The position numbers were made by a program, and so were the translations under genes. Positions 1-7,521 of a stretch of DNA of 24,754 nucleotides are shown one piece after another. The stretch lies in the NCBI GenBank assembly GCA_043797775.1, contig JAZDPI010000050.1, positions 1-24,754 of the forward strand. Direction: 5' to 3'. Source of the DNA: Candidatus Eiseniibacteriota bacterium. GTDB taxonomy: Bacteria; Eisenbacteria; RBG-16-71-46; JAFGJU01. The first letter of the stretch is position 1. Every line of letters begins with the position of its first letter. The notes below the pieces were generated by a model. It worked only from the letters and a program-made list of their open reading frames with translations. It did not search any database and was not told the DNA's origin.

Positions 1-593
1 CTGACACGAGCTCCATATATGTCGCGATCCGCCCCGCGAGTGTCCTCCCACACGACGAGGTAGTTAGTGCCGTCGAAGGCTATCGCCGGAGAATCCTGCC
101 ACCCCGCGACGGTGGAAATCGCGATTCCCGCGGTGTCCAGAACCGTGCCCAGAGTGTCCACTCGTGCCCCGTATATCTGCCTCTCCGTCCCGCTTCGCCA
201 GTCCTGCCAGACCACGAGATAGTTGGCCCCGTCAAAGGCCACCGCGGGGGAACATTGAAAGCCGGGGGCACACGAAATTGCAATCCCTCCCCTGTCCAGA
301 ACGACGCCCGCCGTGTCGATTCGCGCCCCGAAGACGTCGTACCCCGACTCCAGCCGGCCGTCCATCCAGACCACGAGGCTGCGCGTTCCGTCAAACGCGG
401 CGTCGGCCAGTTCCTGATGGTCCGTCGCGCCTGCGTACCTGGACGTGATCTCCATCTGAAAGGCCGGACCCAACTCCTGGGCGCGGGAAGGCGCGACACA
501 CGTTCGCGATCCCGCTGCCAGCAGGACAAAAAGAAGCACACACTTCATCGTCTTTGAAAACCGCGCGCTCGATGTCTTTCTGAACCGGGCCAT
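1..593 (-). CDS. Secreted repeat protein (53-aa AFDGxNYLVVWxD repeats, probable beta-propeller); N-terminal part only, runs off the left edge
   Basis: Manual translation from ATG at 593 (GGAGG 5 nt upstream): MARFRKTSSARFSKTMKCVLLFVLLAAGSRTCVAPSRAQELG...AAFDGTRSLVVWMDGRLESGYDVFGARIDTAGVVLDRGGIAIS...AVAFDGANYLVVWQDWRSGTERQIYGARVDTLGTVLDTAGIAIS...AIAFDGTNYLVVWEDTRGADRDIYGARV. No stop codon before base 1. The FDG codons recur at exactly 159-nt spacing (390, 231, 72). Signal-peptide-like N-terminus. Alternative in-frame ATG at 548. Confidence 0.9.
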   Translation of the reverse strand, partial: MARFRKTSSARFSKTMKCVLLFVLLAAGSRTCVAPSRAQELGPAFQMEITSRYAGATDHQELADAAFDGTRSLVVWMDGRLESGYDVFGARIDTAGVVLDRGGIAISCAPGFQCSPAVAFDGANYLVVWQDWRSGTERQIYGARVDTLGTVLDTAGIAISTVAGWQDSPAIAFDGTNYLVVWEDTRGADRDIYGARV

Positions 594-925
594 GAGTCCC
601 TCCAGGATGGTATCGCCAGTGCCGTGCCCCCACGCTTCCCTTCAACGAGTACCCTTTAACAAATCCCGGCCGAAAACACAACCCGCCACGCGCGAGCCCG
701 CATCGGCTTCGGGCGACGATCGGCATACCCTGCGCATATGGGGAACCGCCCTTTACGTGAAGATGGAATACGAGAAGCTGAGGCTCATACCCGAGGGAGC
801 GCGCAAGCCTGCCTACTATCATTCGCTATTCTAGCACTACTATAGGTCACGGCGATAATGCGCTGGAAATAAAGCCGCTAGAAGCATCTTTGAGCACCCA
901 CGCAGAGACCGTGTCCACGCCCGCC

Positions 926-953
926 CCCGCTCGCGGCTTCGCCTTCGAGCGGG
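926..953. terminator. GC-rich hairpin downstream of the ppsR-like gene (possible terminator or RNA-stabilising stem)
   Basis: CCCGCTCG (926-933) / CGAGCGGG (946-953) perfect 8-bp inverted repeat with an inner GGC/GCC stem, about 22 nt after the stop at 976. No U-tract on either side. Confidence 0.4.
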
Positions 954-975
954 AATACCTGCGAACAGCTTCTCC

Positions 976-1782
976 TCACCCCTGACCGGAGTGCCGCGCC
1001 AGAGCCAGCACTTCCGAGGCGATCTCCTCGATCGGCTTGCATGTGACGTCGATCACGGGCCACGTGGGCGGACGCTCGAACACTCGCAGGGCGTAGATGA
1101 CCTCTCGCCGCACGTGCTGCAAGTCCGCGTACTCTCCCGCCTCCTGGCCCAGGTACTTCTGCCTCACGCGGCGCAGGGCCGCCAGCCAGTCGGCGTTTAT
1201 GGTCAGCGCGACGACGCGCCCCTTGGGGAGCCGCCACAACATTCCCGGCGGATCGATGTCAAGGACGATCGGTACGTTTGCAACGAACCAACCCTTGAAC
1301 GCAAGGTAGACGCTCAGGGGCGTCTTGAAGGTGCGCGAGACCCCCACCAGCACGATTTCCGCATGGGTGAGATCTTCCCCCCTCTGGCCGTCGTCGTGCC
1401 TGAAGGCGAACTCGATCGTCTCCATGCGGCGGAAGTACTCTTCATTCAACTCCTGAAAGAGACCGGGCCTTTCGGCGGGAGACTTCGCCAGTTGCTGAGA
1501 GAGACGATCAAGAAGAGGCCCCATCAAATCAATAGTCTGCACGTTGTGAAGCCTTCCTGCTCTGAGCATCGCCTCGCGCAGTTCGTTGGAAACAAGAGTG
1601 TGCACGATGAAGCCGCCTTCGGCAGAGGTCTCCTCCACGATTTCAAGCACCTGCTGGCTCGTCCTGACCGAGCCTCTGAGCTGGACGTCCATCTGTGCAC
1701 CGGTGAACTGAGTGAGTGCGGCCTGCAAAGCGCGTTGAGCGGTACCCCCGGTGCCGTCAGAGACCACGAAAACCTTGTTCAT
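976..1782 (-). CDS. ppsR: Pyruvate,water/pyruvate,phosphate dikinase regulatory protein (kinase-pyrophosphorylase, DUF299 family)
   Basis: Family motifs VFVVSDGTGGTA, IEFAFRHDDG, IVLVGVSRTFKTPLSVYLA (P-loop-like), ANVPIV, IEEIA; 268 aa; GGAGG upstream of ATG. Confidence 0.93.
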   Translation of the reverse strand: MNKVFVVSDGTGGTAQRALQAALTQFTGAQMDVQLRGSVRTSQQVLEIVEETSAEGGFIVHTLVSNELREAMLRAGRLHNVQTIDLMGPLLDRLSQQLAKSPAERPGLFQELNEEYFRRMETIEFAFRHDDGQRGEDLTHAEIVLVGVSRTFKTPLSVYLAFKGWFVANVPIVLDIDPPGMLWRLPKGRVVALTINADWLAALRRVRQKYLGQEAGEYADLQHVRREVIYALRVFERPPTWPVIDVTCKPIEEIASEVLALARHSGQG

Positions 1783-1803
1783 CCTCCGCCTCCTGACGTC
1801 GTC

Positions 1804-3249
1804 TCACTCACGCTTCTCGAGCTCGGAAGCCGTCTCCACGATGCGAGCCCACGCCTGCGATACGTGACGCGCCTCGGTGTGGGTCTGTCCCACACAAAAT
1901 CGCAGAGTGAGTTTCCCGTCGAGCACCGTGTGCGACATGTAAAGGTGTCCGCTCTTGTTCAGCTCCTCGAGGAGCGTCTGATTGAACGAATTCCCTTTCA
2001 CGTGCCTGAAGCAGACAAGATTGAGAGGCACCGGCGCGGCCAGCTCGAACGCCCGGGATTCCCTCACCCGCCCCGAGAACTCCTGTGCAAGGTTCACGTG
2101 CCGCCGGACGTGATAACGCAGGCCCTCCTGCCCGTAGTGACGTATCACGAACCACAGCTTGAGTGCCCGAAATCGCCTGCCCAGAGGCACGTGCCAGTCC
2201 CGATAGTCGATCACTTGCCCCGATTCTCCCACCTGCGTCCTTAAGTATTCCGGCGAGATGCCGAGTGTCCGCACGAGGACTCCCCTGTCAGCGACGTAGA
2301 AGCAGTCGCAATCGAAGTTCGTGAACATCCACTTATGGGGATTGAAGCAGTAGCTGTCGGCCAGCTCAACGCCGTCGTGTATGTGTCGATACTCGGGACA
2401 CAGGGCCGCCGTTCCCGACATGGCTGCGTCCACGTGGAGCCACACGTTGTGTCTTCGGCAGATCTCGCCGATTCTGCGCACGGGGTCCATCGCGTTCGAA
2501 GAGGTGGTCCCCACCGTCGCACATGCGAAACAGGGGGTGAGCCCGTCCCGTCTGTCCCGCTCCATCTGCCGCTCAAGCGCGGCCGGCCTCATCGCAAAAT
2601 CACCATCGACGTCGATGAGTCTCAGATTCCTCCGTCCCAACCCTGCAATGCCGGCCGCCTTCTCGACCGACGAGTGGGCCTGCGTGGAAGCGTACGCGGT
2701 CAGTCTTCCGTCACACCCTCTTTCGTTTGTAGCGAAGTCGGTGGCCCGCTCGCGCGCCGCCAGCAAAGCACACAGAGTCGCACTGGAAGCCGTGTCCTGT
2801 ATCACCCCGCCGCCGGCCTCAGTCGATTTGAACTTGGAGGGAAGGCCCAGCATGTCGACCAGCCAGTCCAGCACGCGGGTCTCAAGTTCGGTACAGGCGG
2901 GACTCGAGACCCACGACATGCCCTGCACTCCCAGGCCCGCGGAGAGCAGCTCCCCGAGTATTGACGGCCCGGACACGTTGGCCGGGAAGAATGCAAAGAA
3001 GTTGGGTGACTGCCAGTGGGTGACGCCGGGAAGTATGAGTCTCTCGAAATCCCGGAGCATCACGTCAAACGCCTCCCCCTTCGCGGGGGCTTCGGCAGGA
3101 AGAGAGGCCGCGATTTCTCCAGGTCGAACCCTGGAAAGGACCGGCATGGACTCGAGACGGGTTTGATAGCCTCTGATCCAATCCAGCAGTGCCCGGCCGC
3201 AGCGCGAGAATTCTTCCGGCTTCATGTGAAAGCCTTTTTCGTCCGCCAT
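1804..3249 (-). CDS. Aromatic-L-amino-acid decarboxylase (group II PLP decarboxylase, DOPA-decarboxylase-like)
   Basis: 481 aa; ILPGVTHWQSPNFFAFFP, SPACTELE, GGGVIQDTAS, WLHVDAA, NPHKW (PLP lysine), DYRDWHVPLGRRFRALKLWFVIR. Confidence 0.93.
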   Translation of the reverse strand: MADEKGFHMKPEEFSRCGRALLDWIRGYQTRLESMPVLSRVRPGEIAASLPAEAPAKGEAFDVMLRDFERLILPGVTHWQSPNFFAFFPANVSGPSILGELLSAGLGVQGMSWVSSPACTELETRVLDWLVDMLGLPSKFKSTEAGGGVIQDTASSATLCALLAARERATDFATNERGCDGRLTAYASTQAHSSVEKAAGIAGLGRRNLRLIDVDGDFAMRPAALERQMERDRRDGLTPCFACATVGTTSSNAMDPVRRIGEICRRHNVWLHVDAAMSGTAALCPEYRHIHDGVELADSYCFNPHKWMFTNFDCDCFYVADRGVLVRTLGISPEYLRTQVGESGQVIDYRDWHVPLGRRFRALKLWFVIRHYGQEGLRYHVRRHVNLAQEFSGRVRESRAFELAAPVPLNLVCFRHVKGNSFNQTLLEELNKSGHLYMSHTVLDGKLTLRFCVGQTHTEARHVSQAWARIVETASELEKRE

Positions 3250-3293
3250 GGCTCACTCACTCCAATCGCCTGACGCGCATACTATCGCCTTTC

Positions 3294-3323
3294 TTGACAC
3301 AACGCCAGAGCCAATGTTATGTT
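3294..3323 (+). promoter_or_regulatory. Sigma70-type promoter for etfBA
   Basis: TTGACA (3294-3299), 18-nt spacer, TATGTT (3318-3323) preceded by TGn (extended -10); about 40 nt upstream of the etfB ATG. Confidence 0.6.
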
Positions 3324-3365
3324 TGAGTGTTTACTGCGTTGTCCGTGGTAGCCGCGGAGGAAGCG

Positions 3366-4160
3366 ATGCACGCCGTTGTCTGCATAAAACAGGTCCCCGA
3401 AACCCCCAACGTGGGCATAGACCCTCGCACCAACACACTCATACGCGAGGGGATTCCCAGCATGGTCAATCCCTTCGATCTTTACGCGATCGAAGAGGCC
3501 CTTCTGCTCAAGGACAAGTTCGGCGGCACAGTGACTGTCGTGACGATGGGACCTCCTCAGGCGGCGGACGCTCTGCGGGAGGCACTCGCCATGGGAGCCG
3601 ACGTGGCTTTGCTTCTGAGCGACAAGGCCTTCGCCGGGGCCGACACCTGGGCGACGTCCTACACTCTGGCCAAGGCAATCGACGTCAAGACCCCGGAACG
3701 CGACATCATCGTCTGCGGCAAGCAGGCCATCGACGGCGACACGGCGCAGGTGGGACCGGGGATTGCACGGCGACTCGGAATTCCTCAGCTCACGTACGTT
3801 TCCAAGATCAGAGAAATAGACTTCGAGGCGAAGAGAGTCGTGGTTGAGAGGATGCTCGAGGCAGGAAAGGAGGTCGTGGAAGCCAGACTCCCCGCCCTGC
3901 TTACCGTCGTCAAGGACATAAACCAGCCCCGCTTCAGGACTCTCATCGGCATAAGGAAGGCGTCGCAGGCCCAGATCCCGGTGCTCGGCCCGAACGACCT
4001 CAATTGCGAAGAATCGAAGATAGGCCTTGCAGGTTCCGCCACGGAGGTCGTCAAGATCTTCACTCCTCAACCCAGAGAGGGCGGCCAGATCCTGGAGGGC
4101 GAGCCTGAGGAGGCCTGTGACCTTCTTGTTCAGAAGCTGATGGAAGCGAAGTTCCTGTGA
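3366..4160 (+). CDS. etfB: Electron transfer flavoprotein beta subunit (bifurcating/FixA-like)
   Basis: VCIKQVPET, NPFDLYAIEEAL, VTMGPPQA, AGADTWATS, CGKQAIDGDTAQVGPGIA, PRF. Start moved to ATG 3366 because GGAGG lies 5 nt upstream. Confidence 0.95.
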   Translation: MHAVVCIKQVPETPNVGIDPRTNTLIREGIPSMVNPFDLYAIEEALLLKDKFGGTVTVVTMGPPQAADALREALAMGADVALLLSDKAFAGADTWATSYTLAKAIDVKTPERDIIVCGKQAIDGDTAQVGPGIARRLGIPQLTYVSKIREIDFEAKRVVVERMLEAGKEVVEARLPALLTVVKDINQPRFRTLIGIRKASQAQIPVLGPNDLNCEESKIGLAGSATEVVKIFTPQPREGGQILEGEPEEACDLLVQKLMEAKFL

Positions 4161-4175
4161 CCTTTTGCTCCGTGA

Positions 4176-4193
4176 GCGTGTGATGCCACACGC
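4176..4193. other. Short intercistronic hairpin between etfB and etfA
   Basis: GCGTGTG-ATGC-CACACGC, a perfect 7-bp stem with a 4-nt loop in the 58-nt spacer. Confidence 0.4.
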
Positions 4194-4218
4194 CCTGAAA
4201 TAGTGTGAGAGGGACGTC

Positions 4219-5418
4219 GTGCCAAACCTGAGACTTGACGAAGAATCGTGTACCGGCTGCGGTGTGTGCGTGGACACTTGCCCGTTCGGCGCCCTTTCGC
4301 TGGCGGGCGACGTCGTCGCAATCGGCGACAACTGCAACGACTGCGGTGCCTGCCTGAGTTCGTGTCCCACGGAGGCCCTGATTCTGGAGAGGCCGGAGCT
4401 CGCGCCGGCAGTCGACCTGAGTGATTACAAAGACGTGTGGGTGGTCGTAGAGCACGGCAAGAACGGCGTCTCGCACGTGGCGCTGGAGCTTCTCGGAAAG
4501 GGACGGGAGCTTGCAGACGCTCTTGGAAACCGGCTCGGCGCAGTGATACTGGGAGACGGAGTTTCACATCTCTGTGACGAAGTCTTCTCCTACGGGGCCG
4601 ACGTGGCTTACCTTGTCCAGAATCCTGTCCTGCGAACGTACAGGACGGACCCGTACGTGGAAGCGACCTCTCTTCTCATCCGCAAGCACAAGCCGGCGGT
4701 CGTCCTTCTCGGGGCCACGACGACCGGCAGGGATTTCGCCGGAGCTCTTGCGACGGAGATCGGGACCGGTCTCACCGCCGATTGCACCGGTCTCGAGATA
4801 GAGCCCGACGGCAAGAACCTTCTTCAGACCAGGCCCGCGTTCGGCGGCAACATCATGGCCCAGATTCTCTGCAAGAGACACAGACCTCAGATGGCCACGG
4901 TCAGACCCAAGGTGATGGAGCTTCCCGGCCGGACGGAAGGGAGGAAGGGACAGGTCGTGTCAGGAGACGTGGCCCTGAACGAAGAGGACTTCTTCACGAA
5001 GGTTCTCGGGTTCGTCAAGGAAGAGGGTCCGACCGTGAACCTTGCGGACGCCAACGTGATTGTCTCAGGTGGACGCGGACTCGGTGACCCGAAGCACTTC
5101 CCGCTGATAGAGGAGCTTGCGAAGGCTCTGGGTGGGGCCGTCGGGGCGTCTCGTGCGGCGGTGGACGCAGGGTGGATTTCCTATCCGCATCAGGTCGGTC
5201 AGACCGGCAAGACCGTGAGGCCCAAGCTCTACGTGGCCTGCGGAATCTCCGGTGCCATACAGCACCTGGCGGGCATGCAGACGTCGGACATCATAGTGGC
5301 CATAAACAAGGACCCGGATGCACCCATCTTCAAGGTGGCCACGTACGGCATCGCCGGAGACTTGTTCAGAATAGTCCCGCTTCTGACGGAGAAGTTCAGG
5401 AAACGCCTGGGCAAATAG
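4219..5418 (+). CDS. etfA: Electron transfer flavoprotein alpha subunit with N-terminal 2[4Fe-4S] ferredoxin domain
   Basis: N-terminal CTGCGVCVDTCP and CNDCGACLSSCP (two CxxCxxCxxxCP); GRDFAGALAT, GLTADCT, QTRPAFGGN, VSGGRG, GASRAAVD, QVGQTGKTV, CGISGAIQH, AINKDPDAPIF. Confidence 0.95.
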   Translation: MPNLRLDEESCTGCGVCVDTCPFGALSLAGDVVAIGDNCNDCGACLSSCPTEALILERPELAPAVDLSDYKDVWVVVEHGKNGVSHVALELLGKGRELADALGNRLGAVILGDGVSHLCDEVFSYGADVAYLVQNPVLRTYRTDPYVEATSLLIRKHKPAVVLLGATTTGRDFAGALATEIGTGLTADCTGLEIEPDGKNLLQTRPAFGGNIMAQILCKRHRPQMATVRPKVMELPGRTEGRKGQVVSGDVALNEEDFFTKVLGFVKEEGPTVNLADANVIVSGGRGLGDPKHFPLIEELAKALGGAVGASRAAVDAGWISYPHQVGQTGKTVRPKLYVACGISGAIQHLAGMQTSDIIVAINKDPDAPIFKVATYGIAGDLFRIVPLLTEKFRKRLGK

Positions 5419-5440
5419 CGGACCGTGAGCTCTCCGGCCG

Positions 5441-5512
5441 CGTGACTCTACCATGCCAGGTCACTCTACCATGCCGCGTGGCTCTACGACACCTCGCGAC
5501 TCTCCCCTGCCG
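5441..5512. repeat. Four imperfect 18-bp tandem direct repeats between convergent etfA and pit
   Basis: CGTGACTCTACCATGCCA / GGTCACTCTACCATGCCG / CGTGGCTCTACGACACCT / CGCGACTCTCCCCTGCCG, plus a more degenerate copy at about 5424-5440. Confidence 0.8.
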
Positions 5513-5563
5513 GGACGACCCCACAGAATCCCGCCTCAGGATAGGTAGATACGACCGCGCATA

Positions 5564-6802
5564 TCACAAAAATAGGAAAGACATGACGAGGAAAAGCAGA
5601 ACGGAGAGGGCCGCAGTGATGGGAATCTCGAGAGCCCAGGACAGGAGTATGTTCTTGATGACTCGGAGATTGAGGGCACTGATTCCGCGGGCAAACCCCA
5701 CGCCGATCACGGCACCCACGACGGTGTGCGTGGTGGAGATGGGCAGGCCGAGCTTGGACGCTACGAGAACGGTCGTCGCAGCAGCCATCTCGGCACAGAA
5801 GCCTCTGGTAGGCGTCAGGTCGGTTATCCTGCGGCCTATCGTCTGGATGACCTTGTAACCCATGGTTGCAACACCGAGGACGATACCGATCCCCCCCAAC
5901 ACAAGCAACCACGTGGGAACGGGCACACTAGCATCCACGGCTCCGGTCCTGGCGACGATCGAGATCGCAGCCATGGGTCCCACTGCGTTGGCAACGTCGT
6001 TTGCACCGTGGGCGAAGGCCATGTAGCACGCCGTTATCACCTGGAGGTACCCGAAGGCTTTCTCGGTGAAACCGAATCCGTTGCCGGGGGATGCAGTGGT
6101 CCGTTTGAGCAGCAGATACCCCGTGAGACTCGCGAACCCGCCGACCGCGAGAGCGAGGACGATCGCCCGGCCGACAGTAAAGCTGAGATTGAGGTTCTCG
6201 AACCCCTTGTATATCGTCGCGAGCGTCAGAACGACAAAGACGGGGAATATGAACAGCGGCCCGTATCGTTTCGTGGCGATGACGGGGTCGCGGGCCCTGA
6301 GGATGACCTGCCTCAGAACCATGAAATTCGCGAACCCGGCCAGGCCCCCGACAAGCGGAGAGACGATCCAGCTCGAGGCAATAACGCCGAGCTTGGTCCA
6401 GTGGATTTCGTGAATTCCGGCACCAATAAGGCCGAAACCGACCACCGCCCCCACGATGGAATGAGTGGTGGACACCGGGAGCTTGAGGTTGGTCGCGATG
6501 TTCAACCAGATCGCGGCCGCCAGAAGTGCCGCGAACATCCCCAGGGCGAGCTCGACGGGTTTGTCGGTGAAGGCGGACACGTCCACTATGCCCTTGCGGA
6601 CGGTCGTCGTTACGTGACTCCCCACGAGGAAGGCGCCCGCAAACTCAAAGATCCCCGAAATGATGATCGCCTGGCGGAGGGTGATGGATTTGGCGCCAAC
6701 GGACGTGCCCATCGCGTTGGCGGCATCGTTGGCACCGATGCTCCAAGCCATGTATATGCAGCCGAACGTGCCCAGCAGAAGAAGTACTGAACTCAGTGGC
6801 AT
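5564..6802 (-). CDS. pit: Inorganic phosphate transporter, PiT (PHO4/SLC20) family
   Basis: Both PiT signatures present (WSIGANDAANAMGTSVG and AFAHGANDVANAVGP); PVSTTHSIVG / PISTTHTVVG internal repeat; strongly hydrophobic 412 aa. Confidence 0.95.
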   Translation of the reverse strand: MPLSSVLLLLGTFGCIYMAWSIGANDAANAMGTSVGAKSITLRQAIIISGIFEFAGAFLVGSHVTTTVRKGIVDVSAFTDKPVELALGMFAALLAAAIWLNIATNLKLPVSTTHSIVGAVVGFGLIGAGIHEIHWTKLGVIASSWIVSPLVGGLAGFANFMVLRQVILRARDPVIATKRYGPLFIFPVFVVLTLATIYKGFENLNLSFTVGRAIVLALAVGGFASLTGYLLLKRTTASPGNGFGFTEKAFGYLQVITACYMAFAHGANDVANAVGPMAAISIVARTGAVDASVPVPTWLLVLGGIGIVLGVATMGYKVIQTIGRRITDLTPTRGFCAEMAAATTVLVASKLGLPISTTHTVVGAVIGVGFARGISALNLRVIKNILLSWALEIPITAALSVLLFLVMSFLFL

Positions 6803-6836
6803 CCGGACGAACCTTCCTGAACCTGAGAAGCCGGCA

Positions 6837-7511
6837 CTAACTTCTGGAAATCATCATTCTCAGCAGGTCACCCATGTTCTCGGCGTGATTCGCCATCTGC
6901 CCAAGCTCCCCGAACACCTGAATCCAAATGGCGATCGAAACGGGTTCCATTTCCTTCTCGACCTTGAACATCTGTCTGGCTATGTTCATCTGAACACAGT
7001 CCGCTTCCCATTCTTTGAGACTGACCTGCTCGACGATCTTGACGACTTTCTCGGCTTCCGGACCTCCGAACCCGCTCTCGAGAAGCTGCTTGAACTCGCT
7101 GCACGCTTCGAAGGCAAGCGCACAGGTCTCAAGGACCTCGTCCACGAGGTGCATCAACTGCGGCTCGCACCGGGGAGGGACCTGCATCAGTCTCATCGTG
7201 AGAAGAACGGCGACGTCCTCCGCCGCATCGGCAATCTCGTCCTGCTCTCTCAAGAAGCTCAGGATGTCGGCCCTCCGCACGGGCAGGAAGTAGCTGCGAG
7301 GGAGATGATCGCGGATGTCGTTCTTGATGACGTCGGCCTGGTGCTCAAGCTCCGAGATGTGCTGCGCGATCCTCTCGACTTCCGCATAGTCCTGCTTGGT
7401 GAGAGCCAGAAACAGAGGTTTCATCTGCACAACACACTCCCTCACCCTCTGCATGTGCTCGAGAAGCGGGCCGAAAGGAGAACGACCAAAAAGCTCAAAC
7501 AGTGCTCTCAT
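6837..7511 (-). CDS. DUF47/TIGR00153 PhoU-like phosphate transport regulator
   Basis: FGRSPFGPLLEHM, LEHQADVIKNDIRDHLPRSYFLPVRRADIL, EWEAD, ANHAENMGD; helical 224 aa directly upstream of a PiT gene, the typical context for this family. Confidence 0.9.
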   Translation of the reverse strand: MRALFELFGRSPFGPLLEHMQRVRECVVQMKPLFLALTKQDYAEVERIAQHISELEHQADVIKNDIRDHLPRSYFLPVRRADILSFLREQDEIADAAEDVAVLLTMRLMQVPPRCEPQLMHLVDEVLETCALAFEACSEFKQLLESGFGGPEAEKVVKIVEQVSLKEWEADCVQMNIARQMFKVEKEMEPVSIAIWIQVFGELGQMANHAENMGDLLRMMISRS

Positions 7512-7521
7512 TACGGAACTC

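Noticed and set aside
80-834. Track ORFs 80..541, 164..448, 255..557, 391..822 and 592..834
   Set aside because: Alternative frames or antisense of the real repeat-protein gene, or intergenic ORFs without an RBS or recognisable features.
3297-3314. Sigma54-like TGGC...TTGT on the minus strand upstream of the decarboxylase
   Set aside because: The invariant GC at -12 is missing.
5172-5858. ORF translating the 18-bp array as a 'VTLPC' hexapeptide repeat
   Set aside because: It overlaps etfA out of frame and pit antisense, has no RBS, and the peptide repeat is simply a by-product of the DNA repeat.
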